Shown one piece after another: positions 27,532 through 40,950 of a stretch of 64,000 nt of DNA. The translations under genes and the position numbers were made by a program. The number at the start of each line of letters is the position of its first letter. Within the stretch, counting starts at the first letter, position 1. The notes beneath the pieces are model-generated. The model ran no database searches and was not told where the DNA came from. It saw only the letters and a list, made by a program, of their open reading frames with translations. This DNA comes from Harriotta raleighana (Eukaryota): NCBI GenBank assembly GCA_050575255.1, contig JBNZDD010013718.1, positions 6,874,579 through 6,938,578 on the forward strand, read 5' to 3'.

Positions 27532-29106
27532 CTGGAACAAAACAGGAAACTATTGTTAAGCTTTGAAATTAGTTGAAAAAGATTTCTAAGACAGCGTTAT
27601 GTAAAAGTAGTGTAGGGAATCATTTAATAATTAACTTCAATCAAATGGGATTGGATGATGGCCACCATTGAAGAAAAACCTTCTTACAACTAAGAAATTG
27701 TTACTGCCTTCAGCCTCCCTTATGTTTACAAGAGCCTCTTGCCATGAACCATAGTGACTGAGTTGACAGGAACAAATGAATGGACATATGCATGCATTGG
27801 CAAGTCAGAGCAGCTGCATTTTGGAATCAGAGTGTTTACATGGAGAAAAGCAACCGATACAGATAATTACCGTTTCAGAGCTAAGGTGAGTTTGTGGAAT
27901 TAGTCACACCACTAACGGGAAGCACTGCATGTTGCAATCACTAGCAAAATCTCTTGTGGATAGGAAGCTCAGTTCTGCACCCATGATGAGTTAAAGGGAA
28001 ATTCCACAGCAATCCATTAATCACTATCTGTGGCAACTAGTCAAACTGAAATAACACCTCTGATCGAAACATTCGTTTTGCTTGACCCCACATGCTTTCT
28101 GGCATCTTTGCCTCAACTAAAACCACAATCTGAATTATTTAATTTGATAACCAGCCATTTGCCTGATCCTATCTGCAATTTTTTTGTTTATTTTAAAACC
28201 CCTGGTCACAAGTGCTGGAAATATTTTTTGGACTAGGTTTAATCAGAATTTAAGACAGACATGTAGAGCATTTGCACAATTTCAGATTCGAATAAACATT
28301 CAGAACATGAGCAAACACTCATTGTTCTCACTCTGTGATGTATTTTCAGCCCAAAAGGTTTAATATGGCTGAGAATTCATTGAGATCATTTAAAAGTTTT
28401 TTTTAAAAAAAGTTAATAAATTTGGAAGAATTATTTGACATTTGTCATTTACTAATTGAGATAATGATATCTTATCGCTGGTAGTAATTTTATGAATTTG
28501 ACTCCAGGCACAAGTACAGGTTTATGAGCCAACATGAAAAGCACATGCACCATAGTAAATAGAACATTGATTTGAGAACGATTTGATCATATTAATTCCA
28601 ATGCACAGCCACTTTGCAGAGTAGCTATCTAGCTGGACAATACACTAAGCTTGGAAAGTCTCGCTGGCAGAATTCACCCATAAGTAGAGAAGGAAGGTGA
28701 ATGGTTACCCATACTGATGTTGCAGCACACATTGAGGTTACCACTAAGGGCTGCGCTAAAAACATAAGTTTTGTTAGAAAAAGTTTGCTAGCTTTTGAAG
28801 GAAGGCTTGAGATGATGAAGTAATAGGGGAAACACACAGATCTCTTTCAGGCCTAGAATCCTGGTGGGAAAAAAATTTGGACTAGGTTTAATCAGAATTT
28901 AAGACATGTAAAACACTTGCAACATTTTAGATTAAAATTAAAATTCAGAAAATGAGCATTATAAAATGATAAAAGGTATTCAGTCAATTAAATTTATAGT
29001 ATATTTTGTGAAGGGCTTTAAGACGTCTGGAAGACTTGACAAACTGCTATATCAAATGCAAGGATTATTATTATCATCATCATCATCACTATCATGATGT
29101 TCTTAC

Positions 29107-29289
29107 CTGCATGCCCATTATTTATCAGTGACAAACTCTTAGTTTCTGATAAATTATATCCCATCAACTGGATAGGCTTCAGGTTGGAATCGTACACAAA
29201 GATGCCATTGTGAAAGTCTATGGGTGACTGTTGGTGCACACTTCCACAGTGTGGATAGCTCGATCCCCAATGATCTTCTCCATGAGACC
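29107..29289 (-). CDS. ca12: CA XII exon 3
   Basis: 183 nt, phase 1-1. GSHGEDHWGSSYPHCGSVHQQSPIDF...LINNGHA, with the QSPID motif and the His64 proton-shuttle position. Confidence 0.95.
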
Positions 29290-29811
29290 CTGTAATAGAT
29301 TGCATTTCATTAAACTTTTTTTTTTTTTAATTGCTTAATTCATATGATCAGTCCTACATCATTCTCACTCATCTACAAGAGAATGAAGATTTTAAAGCCG
29401 TTTCTCACTTTCTTTGGGAAATAAGTGATTCATTTTACATTCAATGATTCCAAAGATTTTCATTCCAAACTCTGACATCCAGTTCTGCGTTTCTTAATCC
29501 AAACCATACTTAACTTAGTGACACATCTCGTTTCACAATGAGTGGAAGATTTAAAAGCAGGACATGACATTTTGAGTGGAGGGATGGGAAAGTACAGAAA
29601 AGCAGCAGATTAACAATCCGAGGCAAATGAATATCCATTCTAAAATGCAGCGCCCGTCACCGAGTTTTCCCGAGGTAGCTATTCGGGTCCTTTCAGGAGC
29701 ATTGGGGCACATTATCCATCCTCCTGCTGTTATCAATCACTGGGTAAGGTATTGTTGGAGATTAGGTAGGCTCCACGGACAACCAATTGGAAACTGTGAG
29801 TTTGTGAAGCT

Positions 29812-31940
29812 CTTTCAGAGGCATTAACCTCAGAAACAACCTAGAGCAAGAGCCAGTACACATCACCCAGTCACTTTAGAAAAACTCAAAACAGCCAGAT
29901 AAGATGCAATATCAAATAGAACAGAAGGCACACAAGTAATGTACAATTAGATTGTTCTATTTCAAGGCAGCCACACAGAAATTGCAAAATGGATAGAAGA
30001 CTTTTAGGTTTTTGTTAAAAAAGTAACTACTGTACATTCACAGTTTACCATATTGGTGTATATTATTGCACATTCCTAAAAAATAGTTTGTTCACCCTGA
30101 ATTTATTTTTTCAACCACATTTGTTTGACCAATGCAAAAGTCACAAGGAGCTCTTTAGTTTACATTCCAGTCAACAGCAATGACAATATTTCTTTACCCA
30201 AGGCGAGAAATTCCTCAATGCATCCAATGCCAAGTTTAACTCCGGGACTCGGTGACATGAAGTGCCGGCCAGTGGGCACTTTGTGCTGATGTCAAGTTTA
30301 TTTTTGTATCTTAGATCTCTGTGTGCCCTTGCATGGGTCTTAACACACTATACAAGCAATGATTTAATCAAACAGGAGCAGTGTGCCAGTGCCTAGACCA
30401 CTACACTGCTCGAGAGGAGCCCAGGCAGCGATGCTGGTCACTCTGATATCAATCAATGATGTGGGCACCTACCCAGTGGATTGGGCTGCAACAGTAGTAA
30501 ATGGGTCAGTTGTTAAACTCTATACTAATCTGTGCAGTGACAAAGGAGTGGGGCTGCTATACGTTTTGGAGCTGCTGTCAGCTGCAATCAAGTGCAAACA
30601 ACAATACAATGAACAAGAGAGCATTCACTGAACTTCTCGTCCAGTCCCCCCTTCTCCTCCCGCATCACAAAAAAGTCTCACACATTAATCAATTCCAGGG
30701 CCCGACAGAAGAAAAGCTACTTGAAAGATTTCCTGTGACAAACACAGACAATTGCATTTTTTTAAAAAAAATCAAAGAAGCCCAAATCATAAACAGACGA
30801 AATTCCAAGAATACTTACTAAGCATTTTCAAGTGGCAAAGGCTCACTGTCTGAGCAGTGTTATACTTTCAGTTTTNCTTTCAGAGGCATTAACCTCAGAA
30901 ACAACCTAGAGCAAGAGCCAGTACACATCACCCAGTCACTTTAGAAAAACTCAAAACAGCCAGATAAGATGCAATATCAAATAGAACAGAAGGCACACAA
31001 GTAATGTACAATTAGATTGTTCTATTTCAAGGCAGCCACACAGAAATTGCAAAATGGATAGAAGACTTTTAGGTTTTTGTTAAAAAAGTAACTACTGTAC
31101 ATTCACAGTTTACCATATTGGTGTATATTATTGCACATTCCTAAAAAATAGTTTGTTCACCCTGAATTTATTTTTTCAACCACATTTGTTTGACCAATGC
31201 AAAAGTCACAAGGAGCTCTTTAGTTTACATTCCAGTCAACAGCAATGACAATATTTCTTTACCCAAGGCGAGAAATTCCTCAATGCATCCAATGCCAAGT
31301 TTAACTCCGGGACTCGGTGACATGAAGTGCCGGCCAGTGGGCACTTTGTGCTGATGTCAAGTTTATTTTTGTATCTTAGATCTCTGTGTGCCCTTGCATG
31401 GGTCTTAACACACTATACAAGCAATGATTTAATCAAACAGGAGCAGTGTGCCAGTGCCTAGACCACTACACTGCTCGAGAGGAGCCCAGGCAGCGATGCT
31501 GGTCACTCTGATATCAATCAATGATGTGGGCACCTACCCAGTGGATTGGGCTGCAACAGTAGTAAATGGGTCAGTTGTTAAACTCTATACTAATCTGTGC
31601 AGTGACAAAGGAGTGGGGCTGCTATACGTTTTGGAGCTGCTGTCAGCTGCAATCAAGTGCAAACAACAATACAATGAACAAGAGAGCATTCACTGAACTT
31701 CTCGTCCAGTCCCCCCTTCTCCTCCCGCATCACAAAAAAGTCTCACACATTAATCAATTCCAGGGCCCGACAGAAGAAAAGCTACTTGAAAGATTTCCTG
31801 TGACAAACACAGACAATTGCATTTTTTTAAAAAAAATCAAAGAAGCCCAAATCATAAACAGACGAAATTCCAAGAATACTTACTAAGCATTTTCAAGTGG
31901 CAAAGGCTCACTGTCTGAGCAGTGTTATACTTTCAGTTTT
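29812..31940. repeat. 1064-bp direct duplication separated by a single N (30876), probable assembly artefact
   Basis: 29812-30875 matches 30877-31940. The ORF track shows identical ORFs at an offset of 1065. Confidence 0.9.
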
Positions 31941-34294
31941 GGGAAAAAAAACACTAAACTAAATAAATATTTGTGCCAAAGGCAGTGAGATTGCACCAGA
32001 AGGTATGTGGGCTTCAAACTGAAGCCTTTAACATTGTTCAGGAGAAAGCACAGAAGGAATTTCAAGAGAACTGCACAGGCAAACTCTGAAGCATTAACTT
32101 GTATGCATTAAAATTAATAATGTTATATATTTTCACGTCATAGCCGAAGGTGCAAGAAAGCAATCAGTGAAATATTTAGCAAAACTGCACACAATCCTGT
32201 GCTTGTTGCTAAAATGAACCAACACATCAGTTGAGGCTTTCCCTGCTGAGGAGTTTCTCAGAGTCATCGGACGTCTTCCCAACATGAAAGCCACCCTAGA
32301 AATGAAATTCTGTTGTTGAGAAAGGCTCAAACGCTGAATCTTTGCCATTCTTCCTGACTAATTCACTAACAGTACATACACTTTAACTCCATTGGAGGCC
32401 TCAACATAAAGACACCGAAACAAAAGATTTGCACACTGAATGCTTAAAACTAATTAAATTCACATCAAGTATGAACCTTTTGCTTTTTAGCAAAAGGTTA
32501 ATATTTATGTTGCAATGAATGTGTCATAAATGTCAATTAGTAATCAGATGCAATTGCTGGCAGTCAGTTGAAGGAGTCATTGTGAAAGGCTATTGTTTGA
32601 GTTGACAGAAGGCTGAATAGAGTCACATGCCTAGGAATTAATTTTGATGCAACAGAATAATATATGGGCTTCTTCTCTCTGGCAGACACGCTGCTGCTTT
32701 AACTCACATGGGACAGGCTACACACCAGTATTGCTCACTGTAACCTTTGCAGTCTATTTATTACTCCCCATACCTTTTTCTAAACAAAACACACTTGCAA
32801 ACCAGAAGAAAAGGTTGATGCAACAAAATCCACAAGAATCCTCTCAAGAGGTTAAGAGAAAACCATTTGTAATTGGTTTGCAATGCAACACTCGCCATTT
32901 AAAATTTCCAGCAGGAAAGTAAACCTGATAATACCTGAGAGCATTGTTCTCTTCGCCTCCTCCACTCTTAACCTCCTCCCTCTCCTCCATGCTACATTGT
33001 TGGCGGCTCCAGTCTTTGAATCAGACTTTAGCCTCCGCCTCTTCTGCATCTTTGGATGTTAAAGACCACAAAGCACTATTCCAAGAAGGAGTCTCATCTC
33101 GTTCCGCATCCACACACAATATCCTGGCCAACAATCACAAACTAAAATTGGTCATTCAATTCATGCCCATTTGTCAGACAATGCTGTTGGCAATTTGGTT
33201 GCCTTGTTCACCTTCAGAACACATAAACCACAACAATGCACAGTAAAATCCTGATGACATTCTTGATGACACGATGGCATTATATCAAACCCAAAAATTA
33301 TTATGATACGTTGAAAAGGGTGGCAGAACATTTGGAATTTCTGTGGTGCTCAGGTCTGACACAGTGACTGTCCAGCGTCTTGGGACGTCCTCCTGATGTG
33401 AAAGGTGCAATACAAGTGTAATTTTGTAGTTATTGTTGACTTAATAGGTGGGTTTGGAATGTTTTTGCTGGGACTATTCTCTTAGATTCCAACAACTAGA
33501 ATCGAATGTTCTGCGATGTCTAACCACATACTGTACTATTATCATAATAATAACATATGAACACACTGCATGCCATCCCTTGGTAACCTAGTTTCTGAAT
33601 GATTTGGGTATACTGTTCACACAAAGTTGGCTATGATCAAGAAATCCAAGTCAGTCATGTGTGTTGAGCAGTGGAATGATAGTTTAAGCTGGTCCCAGTC
33701 ATGAAGGGTATTACTCTGCTTTAGCCCTCATCATGTTGTATTTTTTTAACTATTGCATGGTTTAATTATGGTCATAATTTTAGGTCTTTCCATTTAGCTA
33801 TCTTGTGGTACAACCTTAGAGCAGAACCTGTATCTTCCGCAATATTGAAACCTCCACTTAAGCAGAACTAGCCTTGTCAAGTGGCTGCCCGAGGGCTGAA
33901 CAACACTCACTGGATTTCATGCGATTGCAGACATGGTATTACAGTATAACATTCTCTTCAAATAACAGGATAGATATTTATACAGGTCAGATGGTAAAAG
34001 ATACTCAAACTTTTCAGAATATTAGAACATTTCTTTTTATAAGGTAAAGGTGGTCAGTAATTTTAGAGAGTGTAAGACTTTAGCTGACAAGCTCTCTAGA
34101 GCACACAGGCCTCAGTCCATTATCTCACTGCTTTTGGTTGGGTTACATTGCTGGATGGACTTGCTCTGGCATTAACTGGTGATTGCTGATCAAACTCTAA
34201 TGATTAGTGATTTATTTTGTCCTCATCAAGATTAGAAAGGTTCGAACATTCCTATCTTTGTTTTACAGCGCAGAAGTATTCAACATCGAGTATT

Positions 34295-34410
34295 AAGACA
34301 AAGGTCTGATGAAGGACCTTGGACCCAAAACATTGACTCATTTTCCTTTCTCCATAGATGCTGCCTGACCTGCTGAGTGTTCCCAGCAATGTCTGTTTTT
34401 GTTTCTGATG
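34295..34410 (+). repeat. Short interspersed repeat, probably a Penelope-like terminal remnant
   Basis: ctgatgaagg...cccaaaacattgac...atagatgctgcctgacctgctgag resembles an abundant cartilaginous-fish repeat (recalled from memory, not searched). Confidence 0.55.
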
Positions 34411-36134
34411 ATTAGATATTCCTCTTAAAATTACAGGCACAATTAGCCCAACATTTAAAGCACTTCCCAATATTAACATAGGACCATATTGTTGGAACCT
34501 CATTCTCTCCCCTTAACCATTCCACAATGGAATCTTTAAAGTACTTTCACCAACAATGTCACTCCTCTGCTCTCCTTCAAAACCCAAATGTTTTTTCTCC
34601 CCTTCTACAACACTGAAATTCCTTAGAACAATGTGAATCATCAGGACTGATGCCATTCACTGTGGTTTGGATTGAACCTGCACATTTTAAGAGAAGAATG
34701 TTTCTATAGCAGCAGGCTTGCTAGTTAACATTCTTAAAACAAGAATTCAGAGAAGCATGTTCTGAGAATTGAGCCACACTAATATTATGGAAATCCACTG
34801 TTATGCGAATAGAACTCTAGAAAGCCTGACACATCAGTACTTCAGTTCCTAGTCAGTGATGAATGTGCTGAGCCTACGTGAAGGGCTGTACTTAAATGGC
34901 TTAATTTCTGCAGACTGGGTGTCAGAAGAAGTAATTCAACTAAAGTTCACTTTCAGTGACCCCGATAGGAATGTACACATTTGACCTCATGCAAGGAAAG
35001 GACCAGGCTTGCAAGGCAAGAGAGTCAGACTTAATTGAGATGGTTGATTGTCGTGAATAGACCAATGCTCACTGTTCAGCATTTGGATAAGATGCCATTA
35101 CTAACTTAATACAATTAAGACCAGAAAGACACAGGGTTTCTCTTTACCGGGCATTGCTACGCCCCAACATCCTAATTTTTCACCATCCTAGAATATTGCT
35201 CCTGATGCCCATGTTGTAAACTATGAGTCTGGTTTTGAGGCTCATTCATACAATGCAGAGTAAGCAATCCAACATCCGATTGATTTGAGGAAACATTACT
35301 TTCTAGCATTCTTTTAGCAATAATCTGTGTTCCATGGGTATATGAATAATTTGTTTCAATGTACTTGTACATTAATTTCCACAAACTAAAATGTTCTCAT
35401 CCAAAGCTTTTGAATTAAGACCACATCTATGGCCTCTCAAAATTTGTTCTATCATATTAATAATCCTTGCACTTGATATAGCACTTTTCACACCTTGAAT
35501 TCTGCAATTCCTTGAAAGATTTTTTTGGGGTAATCTAGCAAAGCCTAACATGACTAAAAGTCTGAACACATCTGATCCACAATTAAAGGAAACTAATTGT
35601 ACCCTCTTAAATTAATACCTTTTTTCAGTACTGTACTCTGATAAAGTCTTATAGCCTCTCAGTTAGCCTTCCATAAGAGTCTCACCCAGATAGTAATAAT
35701 AATCCATGCATTTGCTACAGAGCCTCATCACATCTTGAAGACTTCTCCAAGCGCTTCACAGAATATACTATAAAGTGATTTCACTGTGTAACACTGCAAC
35801 CAACATCTCCTCAACTCAAACAAGAACAGGATATATCAATCAATCGATCAAAATTACATTTATATAGCGCCTTTCACATCGGGAGGACGTCCCTAGGCGC
35901 TGTACAGTCAAGTGAGAATCAGAGTGGGGGGGGTGGGGGAGAGTTTTGGGGAAGGAAAGTGGGAAAAATTGACTATATATTTGTGGACGAAACACATCAG
36001 CTAAATTGTGCACAGTAATGTCCCACAAACAGTCATGGAAGTGGAGTTAGGGGAGAAAGGGGGGAAAAAATGGCAAGGGGAAGGAGAACAGGAAAAAAGC
36101 GACTGTATTTATGGGAAAAATTATATAGGATATA

Positions 36135-36487
36135 CAGGTAAAACCTCATTCATCCGTGACCCGATCAACCGTGACCTGATTCAATTGCTCGACCCCCTCC
36201 CAGGGCAATTCCCCATTACAGAATCACGAGTTTGCTCACTTTGCGCATGCATGCAATGCATGAGCATGCACACTTAATAAACTTATGCACGGAGGGAGGG
36301 GTGGGGTTTAACCAATCGGTAAAAAATACTGTTTTACTATGTAGTCTATTATTAACATGGTATGTTTTAAAATAAATTACGTTTTTATGTTGGGTTTTCG
36401 GCGACTTGTCCCCCATTTATCTGGCAGAGTCAATTAGTCGACCCTCCCCCACCACTCCGAGCATGCCGGATAAACGGGGTTTTACTG
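36135..36487. mobile_element. Short MITE of the same Tigger/pogo-type family, opposite orientation
   Basis: Imperfect TIRs CAGGTAAAACCTCATTCATCCG and CGGATAAACGGGGTTTTACTG, TA flanks, subterminal similarity to 47926-48961. Confidence 0.8.
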
Positions 36488-37944
36488 TACTGTAAAGTAG
36501 ACTGACCATGTCTTTTCAAGACAATATTGAAAGCACAGTGTTAGAGGTTCGAACTGTTTGCTAAAAGATCTATTCATCTTGATGGAAGCTTTTACTATTT
36601 AGCTATTTGCAGGTATACAGTGCAACAAAGTTTGCCCGAGCACATAATTGAGATCCTTGATCGATTATAGAGAAGGATGGAATTTTAGTTAAGATTTTAG
36701 ACTTGCACTCATTTGAAATGTTTAGATGAAATATGTACTCTATATACTTCTGTAATTTTTAAAACTAACATGTAAACACAGTCTATCTGGTTTTCATTAC
36801 TAATGTTGGTTGTGAAGATGTAAAGGTTTAGATAGAAGATGTGAAAAGCGCTTTATCAAATGGAAAGGTTATCATTTATTTATTATTATTATGCAACAGG
36901 TACACACATACACACACACATATATGTAAATAACCAATGCAAATCTATTTTCCATTTACTCAGCTAAATTGTCTTAGCGAAGTAGGACATCCATCCTCCT
37001 GACGTGAAAGGCGCTCTATAAATGTAATTTTGTTTGCCTACACAGTTAGGCGGAACAATAAATTCACATCAAAATAGAACTTAAAACATTCCACCGTGAA
37101 AGACATTGCATTTGATTGTTATTGCGATTTATATTGTTTCAGAATGTGTTTGTACTTTTCTGTAGTAATAGTTTACATTTTGATTAACTTTATCCCCGAG
37201 TGGAAGAGCATTGTAATGAAGGTGTGTTTTGTGTTATCCTGTTTCAGGTGATAAACAAAATGATTGAGAGCAGGCCCCTAAAAAATATTATTTGAAGCAA
37301 CAATTCACTCCAGCTCTGTGTCAACTTAAACTGTTCACATGTTTGCTTAAAACATTTGCATGTTAAATTTGGGCTGCTTCTGGAAGTGGTCTCATGGCTC
37401 ACATTCATTCGAGTAAAACAAAGCACATTGTACGGGATTCCAACAAGCCAAATTAACAGGCCAAATAATCTGTTGATTTCCCCACAGTCTCAATAAACTT
37501 TCTTGCCACCCTCCAGTTGGTTCATGCGAATACCATAATGCGCATTCTTCAATGGAAATGCATTACTTGTGTTAAGGATCTTATTTGATGGGGACTGACT
37601 GTTGGTTCAGCTGCAATTTCCTGCTGTTCAGCTCCAGCTATGTATCCTCAACAGCAAGGCAGAACAAAGAAATTAAACTGGAAACAGTCTCGAGTCTATA
37701 CTCACAGCCACAAATAACCATTATCCTCACAAAGTCCCAATATTGACCATTTTATCAACTGTACTTGATACAAGTTTTATTATTGTTGTTATTATGTGGT
37801 TGTTTCCAAAACCAGCCATGAGCAACAAGAACCATTAGCTCCTAGATTCAAACATTTTTAAAATTTCAACCGATGTGTTATAGACTGAAGCTCAAGAGGC
37901 ATAGCAATGTGCAGTAGATAATTGGGGTGGGAAATTAGACTTAC

Positions 37945-37965
37945 CAGTATAACTCCACTCCGATT
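37945..37965 (-). CDS. ca12: CA XII 21-nt micro-exon 2
   Basis: Long pyrimidine tract ...ccccacacag / AATCGGAGTGGAGTTATACTG / gtaagt. Encodes (E)SEWSYT(G), the N-terminal W-x-Y motif of alpha-CAs. Confidence 0.9.
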
Positions 37966-39806
37966 CTGTGTGGGGGGGAAAAAAATAGGAAAAGCCATAT
38001 TAAAAGGACATTGTGAAAAATAGCCAACACATGATAGATAATCCAATTTGTGCTGAGAGATCTATAGCAACAACAGCTTTGATTTAAATAGCGCCCTCCA
38101 CGCCGGACGTCTCAGAGCGCTTCACAACAACGGATCCCGGGACCGAGCCAAGGGCAGGGGTAGAAAGGTGACCAAAGGCACGGTCAAAGAGAAAAGCCAC
38201 AGTACCATACTGCAGCTCGCACATGGAAGGCAAGAAGCAATGCACTAAGCTTGATCAGACTGCAGAGAGATTGAAATCACAGGAGAATCCCTGACTCGCA
38301 GATTGGCATTGTCCCAGCAAGAACCAGTCTCAAGCAATTCAAAGTACACTCAACTAATCTGGCCAACTAATTTGGTAAACAGGGTGGAATTTGAATACAA
38401 TAAGCAGCTCTTATTCTATTGGAATGCTTACTATCTTCCTTGTGATATCGGAAGACCATCAATCACTAAATAAATATCCATGTCTGATGATTTACTAAAG
38501 AATCCTTAAAGGTAGTGCGGTTGTGTGTGCATGTCGGAGCCTTTGCCTCCACCAAATAAATATCACACTGATTCATTAAGTTTTGAATCTCCCATGGATT
38601 GAGGCGTTAGGAAACCTCTGGTCTTGGGGAGACAGGAACCATTCTCTCTGTGTAATTACTAACTGTAATTCCAGCACCTCGGGTAATCCTCCTGACATGA
38701 AAGGCACCATACAAATGTAATTTTGTTGTTGTTGTATCTCTATGACTAGAATTCTCTTATTACAGCTGGAAACTCTGGGTGTGAAACTTGATTGAGGGGT
38801 TAGGATGGAGGAGAGCAGGTTTTTTTTAACTCTTTCTGTGAATCGACAGGAACGCCTTTGTCAGTCTGATCATTGTAAGAAATTCTGACACAATCTCCAA
38901 ATTCTCTGCAAGGCGATGGCAGGAAATTTTGCAGGCTTGGGCGGGGGCGGGGGGGTGGTCTTCTGTACTGACTGTTAATAGCCAACTCCGCAAAACAACA
39001 ACAAAATTACATTTGTAGAGCACCAATCCTTCCAACTCCGCAAAACACTCTCCCCATTGGAATAGGGATTAGACAACTTTGCCCAAACAACGCCCTCTCC
39101 CCCAAACACACACAATGCATTTCTTAAAAATCCAGGTCTCTCAATAGCACAGAGAAGAAGCAGTGTTATTGAGAGATAAGCATTTGAAACGAATATCCCA
39201 CAAAGACCGATTCCTAATGTGGTTTGAATTAAGTCTCTTAACAGGAACCAAGTAATACTACCCTGTGGAAACCCATTGTAGTTTTAAAGCAAAGCTTAAC
39301 GACCTTGGGAGGAAAAAGTCTGACTAAATGTGGCCATCCCCTAATGTAGTAGAAATTAGAGAATATTTTTTTTTGAAAAAAGAATAAAAGTTATTAAAAA
39401 AAACTTTTCCGCCCACAAATGATATTCCCCCCCCCCAGTTTCAGCTGAATAGAAACCCGAACGCTACCAAGTACTGTAGTCGCAAAGGGAAAGGAGAAAA
39501 GGGAGAGCGATAGGGAGATAAAGGAACTTTTGTTGGACTGGACAGTAGTTAGTTTAGTCGAGTGCCCACAATATTGAATGAGACGCCAGAACCTGATGGA
39601 GGAATGTTTAAGCACGTTTCGATTCACATTTAAAGAAAGAATCACTTATAGAATTGATAAAATGCCAGTTTTATCAATATTATATCAACAAGCCCCCCCC
39701 CCCCTTCCTCCTCCTCTCTCACTCTCTCTCTATATAAATACATACACACACACACAGAGGGAGAGGAGGGAGGGAGTGCAGATAGAACAATAAGCATCAG
39801 CCTTAC

Positions 39807-39903
39807 CGCTGGAATCTGCTAACGTCGGACTCTTCAACCCCAATACGTGAAGCATCAACAGAACCCAGCTCAGCTCAAGCCACTGGCGGGGAGTCCGGAA
39901 CAT
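39807..39903 (-). CDS. ca12: Carbonic anhydrase XII exon 1 (signal peptide)
   Basis: ATG at 39903, MFRTPRQWLELSWVLLMLHVLGLKSPTLADSS, G/gtaagg donor in phase 1. CpG-richer promoter-like region at about 39950-40250. Confidence 0.85.
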
Positions 39904-40384
39904 GATGGAGGGAGGGAGAGAGAGAGGGAGAGAGAGAGAGACAATAATAATAATAATAAATAGACCACACGCTTCAGCCTCGCCTCTTTGTCTGGGAAGA
40001 AAGTGAAGTCAGTGAGACGCTGTGGAGGTCGGGTGACTGAGCTCCTTATAAGCAGACGTGTGTGTGTGTGTCTGCTGGGGCAGGGACAGAAGGCGTTACT
40101 GGGGAACGTCACTTCGCAACAACCTTTCGCGGACACAAAGGTGTTCGAAATGCGCAAGTCGGCTGGGCTGGTTCTCCCAGTTTCCTTCCGCAGCGAAACC
40201 TCTGGGTTACTGTCTGGCCGGCGAGAGCCGCGTTTAAACGATGTGCTGTAGTGTAATGTGCAATGTGTGTGCTTGTATATAATTTGTGCTGTGTTGACTT
40301 TGCATGATAGGGGAAAGTCCAGCCTTGAGGAGGGGGGGGGGGGCTCTGCATCTATCTGTGTATTCTCGGCTTGTTACGAATATT

Positions 40385-40950
40385 AAGTTTCCAGCTGTTG
40401 TGCAAGGCAGTAATAAGTGAGGGCAGAAGTCTCACGTATCACACGTTCACCTTGGCTTTGGGTAACGTGGGATCATTTAGACCGCCCCTACCCACCCCAC
40501 CCACCCCCACTTATATCATGGAAGCAAATAGCCAAGCATCCCACTTCTCCCCCCCACCCCCCACCCCCCACTCACTACACACAGTTGTAGAGATTGTATT
40601 CTTTTCTCCTCCATCCACCCAATAACATTTCAGAACTTTTTTCAAACTTGCCCCCCAAACACACACANAAGTTTCCAGCTGTTGTGCAAGGCAGTAATAA
40701 GTGAGGGCAGAAGTCTCACGTATCACACGTTCACCTTGGCTTTGGGTAACGTGGGATCATTTAGACCGCCCCTACCCCCCCCCCCCACCCCCACTTATAT
40801 CATGGAAGCAAATAGCCAAGCATCCCACTTCTCCCCCCCACCCCCCACTCACTACACACAGTTGTAGAGATTGTATTCTTTTCTCCTCCATCCACCCAAT
40901 AACATTTCAGAACTTTTTTCAAACTTGCCCCCCAAACACACACACACACG
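40385..40950. repeat. About 283-bp duplication around N at 40668, probably two haplotypes
   Basis: The copies appear to differ only in the C-rich runs. Confidence 0.85.

Noticed and set aside
30383-31886. Duplicated 82-aa and 106-aa ORFs suggesting a tandem gene pair
   Set aside because: They lie in the N-joined duplication within a ca12 intron and show no recognisable domain or splice structure.
34455-34500. Minus-strand W-S-Y segment as ca12 exon 2
   Set aside because: No pyrimidine tract or donor, and the wrong phase. 37945-37965 fits far better.
16831-39903. Calling the genes ca14/aph1a
   Set aside because: The GVIYKPA tail and the DKDFLLANHRTR C-terminus fit ca12 and aph1b.
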